Part shown: piece after piece, positions 18,762-28,311 of the stretch
How positions within the stretch are numbered: position 1 is the first letter of the stretch
Layout of the letters: each line of letters opens with the position of its first letter
From: a candidate division FCPU426 bacterium
Lineage (GTDB): Bacteria > Oederibacteriota > Muellerivitia > Muellerivitales > Muellerivitaceae
Direction: 5' to 3'
Assembly: GCA_963719085.1 (NCBI GenBank)
Contig: CAVRAL010000004.1
Span: 384,001-448,000, forward strand
DNA length: 64,000 bases
Made by a program: the position numbers and the translations under genes
Notes under the pieces: generated by a model
What the model saw: only the letters and a program-made list of their open reading frames with translations
The model's database searches: none
Told to the model about the DNA's origin: nothing

Positions 18762-20285
18762 TTATTTAAGAAGGATGACTTTTTGAACTTGATGGCCCGA
18801 GGGGCTTTGGATCAGGATGAAATAGACGCCATTGCCGACGACCAATCCTTGATCGTTCTTTCCATCCCAAGTGTAAGTGTAGGACCCCTTGGTTAATGCC
18901 GCGTTGAGGATCCTACGAACCCTTTCACCCGTGAGGTTGAATATCTCAACCTTGACTTGTCCCGCTTGGACGACTTGGACTTGAAGCGTCAACCCCGAAC
19001 CCGGAGTGAAAAAATTGGAACTCAGGCTTAACGCCACCCCGGGAACCGGCGTCGGGGTCGCGGAAACAACCGGGATCGGGGTCGGCGTTGGAGCCGGGGG
19101 TGTATTCGTCGCGGTGGGGTTGGGGGTAGCTACCACCGGGGTATGCGTGGCCGTGGCGGTAACGGTAGGCGTCGGGGTTTGGGTAAAGGTCGCCGTCGGG
19201 GCCGGAGGCGTGTTGGTCGCGCTAGCGGTCGGTGTAATCGTGGGCGTGGCGGTCGGCGCGGTAATGACCTGACCATTCGGGTTAGCGATAGCCGCGCTAT
19301 TGGTGAAACCCGTGCAAACAATCCCTCCGCTGGGCACGGTAAAAAGACAAGTGGAGTTGTTGGCAAAACCAGCGGTGGAGATATTCACCGTCACATAAAT
19401 GATGTCACCCGTATTGATGTTCCAATTGTAAGCGACACCGCCGTCAGTCCAATTCGGGGAGGCGAAAGACAGCGGTCCCAGATAGACCGCCGTTGCCGGA
19501 TCAAAGTTCCCACCCCCCGGCTGGTCCCACACCTTGACCTGGGAAATGTCATTGTTGCCCGCCGTGCCTCCATTGGTGACCTGAAGATCCTGGAACAAGG
19601 CGGTTCCGCCGCCGGCTACGGTGACTTTGAGTCCCAGCACCGGATTGTTCACGCTTCCCGGCGCCAAGTTGGCTGAGGCAATACTTTGGTCAGTGACACT
19701 CGTGACGTTCGAATCGAATACGACCGTTCCCACGTTCGGATTGGAAACCTGCGCGTTACCCAAAGTCCCCGTGTTTAAAAAGGAAACGCCGGAAGAAACA
19801 ATCCCCACCCCCGCTGTTTCATTCGGCCCCAGGTCCGTAACCGGAATCGGGTTGGTTCCCATATCCAAGGTCATGAAATAGTAGCCCGCGCCGACCGTGA
19901 AGGGAAAATTGAAGACTGGCGCGCCATTGTCAGGCCCGTTTTGCCATTGAAAATGGTCGATCGCCGGCGGACTTCCTACCGACACAGCTGAACCGGGGGA
20001 AAACACCGAGGAAGACGGCTGATACCAGATATTGACGTTCGAGAGGTTGTCACCGCCCCCGATCTGGGCGGAACCGTTATCGAAGATCGTCACGCTTTGC
20101 CAGTTATCAGAGCCCGATCCCGTGAATTGAAATTCCAGGGCGAGGTTGTTCTTCGAACCCAAGGCCCAATTGGCCGATGGAACGGTGATGACATTGATAC
20201 CCGTCACCTGGGCTAAAGCCGGAAGCGCGGCCGCCCAAGACAAACCCAGAGCCAATAGGAAAAAACGGGGCAAAAAACGTTTCAT
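18762..20285 (-). CDS. Secreted protein with two related beta-rich domains, Thr/Pro linker and C-terminal FlgD-like Ig domain
   Basis: Signal peptide; paired NIWYQP..FSP.SA / KVWDQP..FDP.TA units; TPT repeats; IFNLTGERVR...WDGKN..G..VGNGVY. Confidence 0.75.
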   Translation of the reverse strand: MKRFLPRFFLLALGLSWAAALPALAQVTGINVITVPSANWALGSKNNLALEFQFTGSGSDNWQSVTIFDNGSAQIGGGDNLSNVNIWYQPSSSVFSPGSAVSVGSPPAIDHFQWQNGPDNGAPVFNFPFTVGAGYYFMTLDMGTNPIPVTDLGPNETAGVGIVSSGVSFLNTGTLGNAQVSNPNVGTVVFDSNVTSVTDQSIASANLAPGSVNNPVLGLKVTVAGGGTALFQDLQVTNGGTAGNNDISQVKVWDQPGGGNFDPATAVYLGPLSFASPNWTDGGVAYNWNINTGDIIYVTVNISTAGFANNSTCLFTVPSGGIVCTGFTNSAAIANPNGQVITAPTATPTITPTASATNTPPAPTATFTQTPTPTVTATATHTPVVATPNPTATNTPPAPTPTPIPVVSATPTPVPGVALSLSSNFFTPGSGLTLQVQVVQAGQVKVEIFNLTGERVRRILNAALTKGSYTYTWDGKNDQGLVVGNGVYFILIQSPSGHQVQKVILLK

Positions 20286-20314
20286 GACACTAAGCATATC
20301 ACGTCTCCAACAGC

Positions 20315-21655
20315 TCAGTACCTGAAGAAAACCAATGTTTCCAATAGGAACGAGGGCAAAAGAAAAGGAATCGCCCAAACCAAATATCCCCCAAAAGACG
20401 GCATCTTAACGCCGGCCTTTTGCGCCACGGCCTTCACCAAAAGATTCGGGCCGTTGCCGATGTACGTCAGCGCTCCCATAAAAGACGCCCCGCAGGAGAT
20501 GGCGATGAGCGCCTGGGGGAACCGCTCGGCTAATTCGTTGAGATGATTGGGCCCAATTCCCTGCCGGCTGGCGGCCAACACGCAAAAGTTTAAATAGACC
20601 GGCGCGTTGTCCAAGATACTGCTGATGGGACCGGCGGCCCAAAAAAATTGCCAGGCTTTCGTCAGCGGCAAAAATTGTCCCTGAAGGGCTAAAAGCCCCA
20701 GCAAGGGAATCATGGCCCCAAAGATGCCGAAAAAAAGGATCGCCAATTCCAGGATGGGCCGGAAGTGGAACTGGTTTTCCCGATGGATCCGTCCGAGAGT
20801 GGTTTTATAGGAGACCCAGGCGGTCAGGCCCATAAAAAAAATCTGGAAAATTTTCGAGGCGTCTTCAGCGCCCGTTTCCCCGAGCGATGGCGTTAAAGCC
20901 GGGACCAGCCCATAACCTGAAAATAGAATCCCGCCGACGATCAAGAACAGCCACCCGATATTCTTCCACCCTTCCAATCGAAAAGGCGTGTTGGCTTTTA
21001 ATCGTACGGCCGTTCTTTTTTCCCGCTTCAGGAACCACTTATCCGTCAGGTAAAAACAAATCAGCAGCAACCCCACCCAAAAACCAAAGGCGGGAATCAG
21101 ATGGAGATTCCAGAAAAAGGGCACCTGTTTTAAAAATCCCAAATAAAGCGGCGGCCCGAGCGGCAAAAAAGCTCCCGCGTTGGAAACGATGAAAATAAAG
21201 AAAACCACCAGGTGGACTTTATCCTTACGTGCGCGGTTGGAATGAAGAAAGGGACGGATCAAAAGAAGGCTGGCCCCGGTCGTTCCCAACAGGTTGGAAA
21301 GCAGGGCCCCGCTTAAAAGAAAAAGGCTGTTGCCGCCCGGCGTTCCGCTGGGCCCGCCGGAAAGCCGGATGCCTCCGCTCACCACGTAAAGGGAAGCCAT
21401 CACCATCACGAAGGCGGCGTAGTCCAGATAGGTTTGAAAAACCCGGTCCCAATCGCCCGACACCCCAACATAAACCCCAATCCCAAGAAGGGCGAAAAAA
21501 CCACTGACCATGATCTGGCGGGACGGTTTTTCCCACCAACGGGCGGTTTGGGACATAAAAGGTAGCAGGATCAATAGAACCAGTAAAATACCGAGGGGCG
21601 CCGCGTCCCGGGCTATTTCAAAAACGCTCAAGGTGGATGAAGGGAGGGTGCCCAT
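20315..21655 (-). CDS. Ion-transporter superfamily permease (putative Na+/H+ antiporter or citrate-transport type)
   Basis: GTTGASLLLIRP, IFIVSN.G...PLGPPLYLGF, SSILDNAPVY, GALTYIGNGPN. Confidence 0.8.
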   Translation of the reverse strand: MGTLPSSTLSVFEIARDAAPLGILLVLLILLPFMSQTARWWEKPSRQIMVSGFFALLGIGVYVGVSGDWDRVFQTYLDYAAFVMVMASLYVVSGGIRLSGGPSGTPGGNSLFLLSGALLSNLLGTTGASLLLIRPFLHSNRARKDKVHLVVFFIFIVSNAGAFLPLGPPLYLGFLKQVPFFWNLHLIPAFGFWVGLLLICFYLTDKWFLKREKRTAVRLKANTPFRLEGWKNIGWLFLIVGGILFSGYGLVPALTPSLGETGAEDASKIFQIFFMGLTAWVSYKTTLGRIHRENQFHFRPILELAILFFGIFGAMIPLLGLLALQGQFLPLTKAWQFFWAAGPISSILDNAPVYLNFCVLAASRQGIGPNHLNELAERFPQALIAISCGASFMGALTYIGNGPNLLVKAVAQKAGVKMPSFGGYLVWAIPFLLPSFLLETLVFFRY

Positions 21656-21767
21656 CAGCTTGGCCTTTCCAAAGACAGTTTGAACCGCCAAGACGTCCCG
21701 CTAGCCCGATTTCGGGCTAACCCTGCGGGACAGTGCCACCCCCATTAACTTTTTTACGGAGGGGCGG

Positions 21768-21871
21768 CCGCCAAGTCCGCTAAGGAAGGCAAAAAAACGA
21801 CAATTTTTTCGATGCCTCTTTGAGATAAGTCCTTTGCTTTTCTTGGCGGACTTGGCGTCTTGGCGGTGAAA
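21768..21871. repeat. Intergenic inverted repeat, family A
   Basis: CCGCCAAGTCCGCTAAG ... CTTGGCGGACTTGGCGTCTTGGCGGTGAA, nearly identical to the right arm at 59004-59032. Confidence 0.8.
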
Positions 21872-21898
21872 TAGGTTTTTGTTAGAAGGCTTTTTAAC

Positions 21899-22423
21899 TC
21901 AGTGTTCGTAACCGTCGAACCGGGGCATCATGACGAATTTGCGCCAATCCCCGCCATGGGCGTGGACCGCGTACATTTCCTTGGCGTTGAACTTTTCGGG
22001 GGGAAACACATACACCCAAGCCTTCACCTTTTCGCCTGTGGCCGAAACCGTCACTTCGCGTTCCACCCGAAGAAGCCGACTGGACTCGGGAGCGTCGGGC
22101 CGAAATCCTTCTTGCGCGTCGATCAAAGCCAGTACATGCTCTAACTTGTTGAAAGTCATGACTTCCCCGTAAACTTTGGATGGGGGCGGCGCGACCGCTG
22201 TGGCGGCGGCGGTTGCTGGAGCGGAAGCAGGCGCTACGGGAGCCGCGACTGGGGCCGCCTCTTCCAACAAAAGGGGCAAACCCGTGGGCAGTTGGTACAG
22301 TTTTCCGGCAATCTCGGCCCGGGCCCAGGTGCGGACGAAACGGGCGATCTCTTTATGCTTCACCGCGTCTTTCAAAAAAACGTCATAAACGAAGATCGAG
22401 TCGGAAGGGGTTGGGTCACTCAC
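21899..22423 (-). CDS. Gamma-glutamylcyclotransferase (AIG2-like) family protein
   Basis: IFVY, GKLY...GLP, VYGEV, ID..EG, AWVYV, GGDW; GTG 22423 with GGAGG RBS. Confidence 0.7.
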   Translation of the reverse strand: MSDPTPSDSIFVYDVFLKDAVKHKEIARFVRTWARAEIAGKLYQLPTGLPLLLEEAAPVAAPVAPASAPATAAATAVAPPPSKVYGEVMTFNKLEHVLALIDAQEGFRPDAPESSRLLRVEREVTVSATGEKVKAWVYVFPPEKFNAKEMYAVHAHGGDWRKFVMMPRFDGYEH

Positions 22424-22527
22424 GCAATCCTCCAAAAAATGGCTTTTCCAACGGGACAATCCCGCGGAAACAGGCGAGGGCTATGGTACTAAGAGGAAGG
22501 TTGAAAATCCAGAATCTTTGAGGAGGC

Positions 22528-22911
22528 CTAGCGGGCTCCGGCGATTTTTCGGTGTTTGCGGTCGTCGTCCTGCATGGAAATGGCCTTGAGGCCCCGTTCC
22601 CCGGTGCGGATACGGATGGCGTCTTTTATCTCGGAAATAAAGATCTTACCGTCCCCCATCTCGCCCGTATGGGCGCCCTCAATAATGGCGTCAATAACGG
22701 ATTCCAGATGTTTCTTTTCCACCACGATCTCGAGTTTGATTTTAGGGAGAAAACTCACGCGCAAAGAATCGGGCCAGCCGGAATGGAGGCCCTTCTGCCG
22801 GCCATGCCCCGCCATTTCGGTGACCATGACGCCGGGATAACCGATGCTTTCCAATTTTCGTTGGACCGAGTCCAGTTTATCGGGCCGGACAATCGCTTCG
22901 ATCTTAAACAT
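22528..22911 (-). CDS. glnB: P-II nitrogen regulatory protein, divergent T-loop
   Basis: IEAIVRP, GHGRQKG, TGEMGDGKIF, RIRTGERG. Confidence 0.85.
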   Translation of the reverse strand: MFKIEAIVRPDKLDSVQRKLESIGYPGVMVTEMAGHGRQKGLHSGWPDSLRVSFLPKIKLEIVVEKKHLESVIDAIIEGAHTGEMGDGKIFISEIKDAIRIRTGERGLKAISMQDDDRKHRKIAGAR

Positions 22912-22940
22912 ACCAACCGCCTTTATTCAAAAACCTTTTT

Positions 22941-23027
22941 ACAGTGATCAATGCGGATAAAAGCTGATAAAAAGCGACTCCATCCCATGTTTTCCAAAAA
23001 TCTGCGTCTATCCGCGTCCGCGTCGCT
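22941..23027. repeat. Intergenic imperfect inverted repeat, family B
   Basis: ACAGTGATCAATGCGGATAAAAGCTGAT resembles 61356-61383; right arm ATCTGCGTCTATCCGCGT. Confidence 0.7.
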
Positions 23028-23182
23028 TTTCCATATCATAGTTAGGGGAGAGCGACATTGCCCCAGGATACCATTGCTCAAATGCCTTTTGGTTTCGTCA
23101 AAAGTTCTTATAAAACTTGGAGGCCGGCCTTGGCCGGGCCAGCCCCGCAAGTCCCTGCAGGTGGAGAGGAGAGAGAGAAGGA

Positions 23183-23524
23183 TTACGAAACGACTTTTTC
23201 GCCCTCTTCCCCACTGCTGATCTTATAAGCCTCTTCAATACCGTAAACGAATATTTTTCCGTCCCCCACTTGCCCCGTGGACCCGCTTTTAAGGATGGCC
23301 TTGATCAATTTCGGCGCGTCCTTGCTGGTGGTCACGATTTCTAATTTCAGTTTCGGCAACAACTCCACTTTATACTTGCGCCCCCGCCATTGCTGGGTGA
23401 TGCCCTTTTGCTTGCCGTGACCCTCGACCTCAGTCACCGTAACCCCGCCGTACCCGGCCTCTTCGAGCGCGGCTTTGACTTCCTCGAATTTCTCCGGACG
23501 GATGATCGCTTCAATTTTTTTCAT
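23183..23524 (-). CDS. glnK: P-II nitrogen regulatory protein
   Basis: MKKIEAIIRPEK, GHGKQKG..WRG..Y..LLPK, TGQVGDGKIF. The glnB/glnK naming is uncertain. Confidence 0.88.
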   Translation of the reverse strand: MKKIEAIIRPEKFEEVKAALEEAGYGGVTVTEVEGHGKQKGITQQWRGRKYKVELLPKLKLEIVTTSKDAPKLIKAILKSGSTGQVGDGKIFVYGIEEAYKISSGEEGEKVVS

Positions 23525-23600
23525 TTTGGTCCCTGACCCTCACCCCGATGATCTCTAGGCCTGCCCTAGTAATATACCCCACCGTTCCGTAAAAATCGGC

Positions 23601-23708
23601 TTAGCGCGTCCACCGCCGGGAAACCTTCACCCGCGCCATCCGGGGACCCAGCCCCAACCAAACCTTAAACCAAAAAACGAGACGATCCCAATCCATCCAT
23701 GTATTCAT
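23601..23708 (-). CDS. Putative 35-aa Trp/Arg-rich small protein or leader peptide
   Basis: MNTWMDWDRLVFWFKVWLGLGPRMARVKVSRRWTR*; GAGGGAG RBS; first ORF after the sigma54 promoter. Confidence 0.5.
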   Translation of the reverse strand: MNTWMDWDRLVFWFKVWLGLGPRMARVKVSRRWTR

Positions 23709-23745
23709 AAAAGATCTCCCTCACCGTCATTTCAATCTTTATAAA

Positions 23746-23761
23746 AGCAAGACTTATGCCA
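23746..23761 (-). promoter_or_regulatory. Sigma54 -24/-12 promoter for the small ORF and P-II gene
   Basis: TGGCAT-AAGTC-TTGCT on the minus strand. Confidence 0.8.
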
Positions 23762-23828
23762 GCAACGTCACTTGATTTTGTTTCGTTTTTATTTGTTTAA
23801 GTTCGTTTTCGCATTAGCGAGAAAACCG

Positions 23829-23856
23829 GATTATTGGTGGGGTTCTACAATTTCGT
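23829..23856. promoter_or_regulatory. Putative enhancer (bEBP binding site) 1
   Basis: GATTATTG...TTCTACAATTT.GT, shared with 25326-25352. Confidence 0.55.
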
Positions 23857-23901
23857 ATAAACCGAGATGGTAAAAACGAAGGTTGAAACGGGGCCTAAAA
23901 T

Positions 23902-23935
23902 AAAAAAGCCCCGGCGGGAAACCCGCCGGGGCTTT
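23902..23935 (-). terminator. Intrinsic terminator after the porin gene
   Basis: AAAGCCCCGGCGGG-AAA-CCCGCCGGGGCTTT with a U-tract on the minus strand. Confidence 0.85.
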
Positions 23936-23954
23936 GAACTGCTTTCAGCTAATC

Positions 23955-25097
23955 TTAGAACACAAACGCGGTCGACAAAGTCGCCGTCAACTGATCGGCG
24001 CTGTTGCCACCAAAGGAACCAGCTCCGGCTCCCGGAACGACGCCATTGACTAATTCGTAGTCATAACGGCCTTCCAAGGAAGTCGTCCAAGCCGGGGTAA
24101 AGGCATGGGTCAAGGTCAAAGTAGCTTCCCGACCTTCGTCGGTTTGACCAGCGCCCAAATTATAGAGGCCCAAACGACCTTGGATATCCTTGAACTCCTC
24201 AACGCGAAGAGCCGCAGACCAGTCGCTGGCAATAGTGTACTTGCCATAAAGAGCAACGCCCCAATAATCGGCCGAGGTGTAGGACTTACCGCCGACGCCG
24301 GTGAAGGTGCCACCCGCGTCTTGGGCGCCGTATTCGGCATCCAAAGCCAAGGCAACGTCAGAAGCGGCGTTGTAATCAATGATGGCTTCCGCAACATAGG
24401 CGTCATTGCGGTTGGAACCAGTCAAGCCGGACACCGAGCCCGGGCCGTCAATGGCGTTCACAACGACTTTCCAGGTGCTGTTCGGGGTCCAAGCCAACTC
24501 GCCGCCGAAGGTTTGCGCATGGAAACGAGCCGTAAGGGTCGAATTCCAGCCATCCGTGGCATAGGCAGTGATCGACAGGGTCGGATCAATCGCATAGCCC
24601 ACAGACAGACCTTGGTTCCAAACCGGGATGTAACCGAACAACAGCGAATGGCTGTAGTTCCAGTTGCTTTCAGCTTCCACCACTTCATTACCCATCCAGG
24701 TCGTGAAACGGCCACCGGTCAACGTCCAAGCTCCGGTCGTGTACTGGGCATAAGCCTGCAAAACGCCCAAGTTCGTGCCACCCGGCAAAGCCAAGCCAGC
24801 AATGTTGCCGCCATCGACATAAGCCAATTCCACCACACCCGAGGCAGCACCTTGGGTAGCGGTAATTTTGGTTTCAGCCAAGCCAATGGAATAAGAGCTG
24901 TCAACGCTGTTATACCAGTAGCCCAGATTTCCAAAATTTCCCAACTTCTTAGCCTGGTTAGTGAAGTTGTACGTGTAGTACGCGTCCACCAAACCGTCGA
25001 CCTTCACGGTCGGGGCAGCCGTATCGGCCAAGACGGGCGCGAAGCCCATCAAAACCAACGAGGCCACTAAAGCCAAAGCCTTAATCGTCTTATTCAT
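23955..25097 (-). CDS. Outer-membrane beta-barrel porin (BBP2/OmpL-like)
   Basis: Signal peptide, G.VDAYYTYNF, GRFTTWMGNEV, NWNYSHSLLF, EGRYD, terminal Phe. Confidence 0.82.
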   Translation of the reverse strand: MNKTIKALALVASLVLMGFAPVLADTAAPTVKVDGLVDAYYTYNFTNQAKKLGNFGNLGYWYNSVDSSYSIGLAETKITATQGAASGVVELAYVDGGNIAGLALPGGTNLGVLQAYAQYTTGAWTLTGGRFTTWMGNEVVEAESNWNYSHSLLFGYIPVWNQGLSVGYAIDPTLSITAYATDGWNSTLTARFHAQTFGGELAWTPNSTWKVVVNAIDGPGSVSGLTGSNRNDAYVAEAIIDYNAASDVALALDAEYGAQDAGGTFTGVGGKSYTSADYWGVALYGKYTIASDWSAALRVEEFKDIQGRLGLYNLGAGQTDEGREATLTLTHAFTPAWTTSLEGRYDYELVNGVVPGAGAGSFGGNSADQLTATLSTAFVF

Positions 25098-25210
25098 CGC
25101 TTCCTCCTAGAAAAATTAAAACTACTTATTCTCCACTCTCTCCACCAACCATCTTTCTGAACTTCCATCAGGGACAGAAAGAAGCCCTACATGACCATGG
25201 GTTATAGCAG

Positions 25211-25226
25211 AGCAAAGCCTATGCCA
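25211..25226 (-). promoter_or_regulatory. Sigma54 -24/-12 promoter for the porin
   Basis: TGGCAT-AGGCT-TTGCT on the minus strand. Confidence 0.8.
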
Positions 25227-25325
25227 AAAGGGGTTTGTTAACGATTTGTTAAAAAAATATGAATTAGGGCCCTTTTCGCCCTTTGAAACACCCCCTTTTT
25301 GCTGGGAAAAATGGGCTTTCCCTTC

Positions 25326-25352
25326 GATTATTGTCCACTTCTACAATTTTGT
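25326..25352. promoter_or_regulatory. Putative enhancer (bEBP binding site) 2
   Basis: ATTGT-N8-ACAAT palindrome inside the shared motif. Confidence 0.55.
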
Positions 25353-25723
25353 TTTTTAAGCGTTTTTTACGCTTCCTTTACGCCTGATCCAACTGCTTTT
25401 TCAAAAAAACTTCCAAGACCCGCCATTTCCGGTTACCCACCACGAAGCCAACAATCACTATGAACCTCGATAACCAGCTGACAAATTCAGCTTTGGTAAT
25501 CGTCATCCTAAGCTTGTTGCTGACCCAAGGATCTAATTTTTAGAGTCATGCCCCATATTTGATATACCGGCCTAATCCAAGATTACTATTAAAATGAACC
25601 CCGAAGTAAATAAGGCTTAAATATGAAAAATCGGAGAAGCGAAAGCTCCGATTCGAAATATTTTTCAAGAATACCAGGTGCCATACAATAGTTTTTAGCA
25701 CTTATTTCGTTGGGAGTTTTGAC

Positions 25724-27576
25724 TTGATAAAGTCTTTAAAAATAGAAAACTTTAAAAGTTTCGAAATATACACGATTCATTTTGATCGTTTGAATTTATT
25801 AGTCGGCGGCAACAACTGCGGGAAAACAACTATTTTCCATGCTTTACAATTTGTTTTTTGGTGCGTGGAACAAACAGCAAATATCGATGATGACAGTGTT
25901 ACTTTTTTAAAAGCACAAGTAAGTGAAATACCAGTTATTCCATACTTTAATCAACGCGACATCTTCCACAAACAAAAAGTTCGCAAAGGAAATGCGCCTG
26001 CTCGAATTCGGCTGACAGTTGAAACAGACGTAGCTCCTCCATTGACCTTTGTTATTTATCCTGCTTTTAGTAGGAACTTACTTGTTAGCGGCGAAAGTAA
26101 AACAATAACTCGCAAACAATATGATGATTTAATAAAAGTCAAACCAACATATATTCCAGGAACTATAGGTATAACCGTTAAAGAAGATTTATACCGGGTT
26201 GTAGCGCAGGAACGAATGATTGCCGACGGAAGACAAAATCAAGTTATCCGTAATCTTGTGTTTCGTTTAAAAAACAACGATAAAGGCGGGGACGAATGGC
26301 ATGATTATGTCGACGTAATGAAATCACTATTTTTGCTTAGCGGAATTGAAATTCCTTTCAACGAAAATAGGGACGAATGGCTCACTGCAATTTACAGCGA
26401 GGGCGATTGTAAATTCGATTTTGTTTCTGCGGGTTCCGGATTTTTGCAAGCGGTTAATCTTTTAACATTCTTATTTTTGCACGAAACAAAAGTGGCCTTA
26501 ATAGACGAACCAGACTCACATATGCACGAAGATTTACAAAAGTTAACTCTCGATAAATTAGACCAGTTATCCAAGAAAAAAAACATACAACTTGTAATCG
26601 CTACACACAGTCCTACATTCATTGATGCTGCTGGCCTTCAAAATGTGATCGTAATTGACAACAAACTGCCGCTACCTTTAAAAGCTCAAAATGCTGAGGA
26701 TCTATTTCCGATGCTAGGCGATAGAGGTCTAGCCATGCCACCAATGAAAGTAATGGACACTTTAAAATCCAGAAAAGTTTTGTTTGTTGAAGATTACGAA
26801 TCAGATTTTCAAGATTTTTTGAACGAATTGGGCGAGGTTTATAAACCCGGTTTCAAAGCAAGAGTTAAAGATTTGACGGTTATTAGCACAAAAGGAATTA
26901 CTAGTAGTTGGCCGTTCGAAGCCATTGCTTGCTTTGAAAAACTGCTTGGAACGAAAATTGATTATGTTTACGTTTCGGATAGAGATTTTCATACAGACGA
27001 AAACGTACTCGAAAGAGAAGCGCGGGCTCGCAAGGAGAAAAAAACATTTTCCATTTAAACCGCAGAAATCGCGAATCCTACCTACTCTCGCCGATTATTC
27101 TTTCTTCAGTGTTGTCAAAAAAGTGGACTGAAAAAAATCCAGGCAGAAAAAACGACTTTTATACAACTGAAAGATTGAATAAATTCGTGATAGACGTCGC
27201 AAAAGAACTTGAGGAAGGAACAAGAACGAAATTCACGATTTCTCATGACCCCGAATTACGAGGGGATGCCAAACATAAAACCGAGATTCTTCAAAAACTA
27301 AATGAATACTTCAAAAAAGAGTACTCTGAAAAAATTCAAAATAATGAGTTGCCTTACAAATTGCTAGACGCAAAAGAAACTTTGAAAAAAATACGAACAA
27401 CAGTTTCTCAGGAATTTAAAGTTTCTTTTTCTGATAAGGAACTATTAAGTCATTTTAAAGTTTCCGATATACCAGAAGAAATAAAAATGATTATCGATAA
27501 AATATTGGAGATGTATCCCGGCAGTAAAGACCTCTCAGAAAAAATGACTGCATCAGAACAAAAAAGACTTTTTTAG
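25724..27576 (+). pseudogene. OLD-family ABC-ATPase plus TOPRIM nuclease, split by a 1-nt frameshift at an A7 run (27038-27044)
   Basis: IENFKSF, GGNNCGKT, SAGSG, LIDEPDSHMH, ATHS, LFVE, SDRD. Adding one A reads on as NIFHLNRRNRESYLL into ORF 27109-27576. Confidence 0.8.
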
Positions 27577-27611
27577 TCGGCAGTGAAATTCGGAAATTTT
27601 CTTAGTGGTTT

Positions 27612-28040
27612 TTAACGGGATTTTTTGACTCGTAGAAGTTTTCGTCTTTTTAAAATCCACTTCTTCCAAAGTGGATCTTTCCATAATTTCTTAAGCTTTA
27701 TTGAAACCTTACGTTTTGAATATCTCGAGTGCTTTACCCCAAGCGCAAGTGTATTACCTTTTAATTGTTTTCTTCGGAGCTGAATAATCGAAGAACTTTT
27801 ATTTAATTTTATCAACTTTCGTCTCAAATTATCCCTTGCTTCTCTTTTCAGCTTTAGTTTTTTTCCCTTTGTATTTACATTCCCAATTTTTAAAAATCCA
27901 ATCTTTTTCCTAACTTCTAAACTATGAATATATTTTAGTCTGTATTTCCGCTTATACTCTTCCACACTTAATTTGTGCTTATTAAGATGCGTTCCAGTTA
28001 AAGTTTTAAATATGGCTTCACATTCATTACATCGAATCAC
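27612..28040 (-). CDS. Basic DNA-binding protein: MucR/Ros-like zinc finger plus NUMOD3-like motifs
   Basis: CNEC...FKTL..THL..HKLS.EEYK.KY; HSLEVRKKIG, HSRYSKRKVS. Confidence 0.6.
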   Translation of the reverse strand: MIRCNECEAIFKTLTGTHLNKHKLSVEEYKRKYRLKYIHSLEVRKKIGFLKIGNVNTKGKKLKLKREARDNLRRKLIKLNKSSSIIQLRRKQLKGNTLALGVKHSRYSKRKVSIKLKKLWKDPLWKKWILKRRKLLRVKKSR

Positions 28041-28311
28041 GATTAGTAATCCCGTTTTCTATTAAAAATGCTTGAAGACGCTCTGAAATCATAGATATTT
28101 CTTCTATGGACAACTTACCTCTGTTTAGACATGCGATTATTTCTAGAGTTAGAGGCCCGATTAAGGAGTGATAAATAAAGGTAAAGCGCTCTCCTTTTTC
28201 CTCTTCGGTTCGTGGATCCAAAAGTCGTTCCGGCAACACAATATTATTTATAACTTGTGGTTCTAAATAGATACTCAAAGCATAAAAAATGTTTTCTATG
28301 TCTTTTTTCAT
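28027..28311 (-). CDS. Hypothetical protein
   Basis: AGGAG RBS; overlaps the start of the downstream gene; AT-rich. Confidence 0.6.
   Translation of the reverse strand: MKKDIENIFYALSIYLEPQVINNIVLPERLLDPRTEEEKGERFTFIYHSLIGPLTLEIIACLNRGKLSIEEISMISERLQAFLIENGITNRDSM

Noticed and set aside
24105..25070. Long antisense ORFs (this one, 5097-6095, 50422-51081, 61431-62219 and similar)
   Set aside because: They are shadows of well-supported opposite-strand genes and have no motifs of their own
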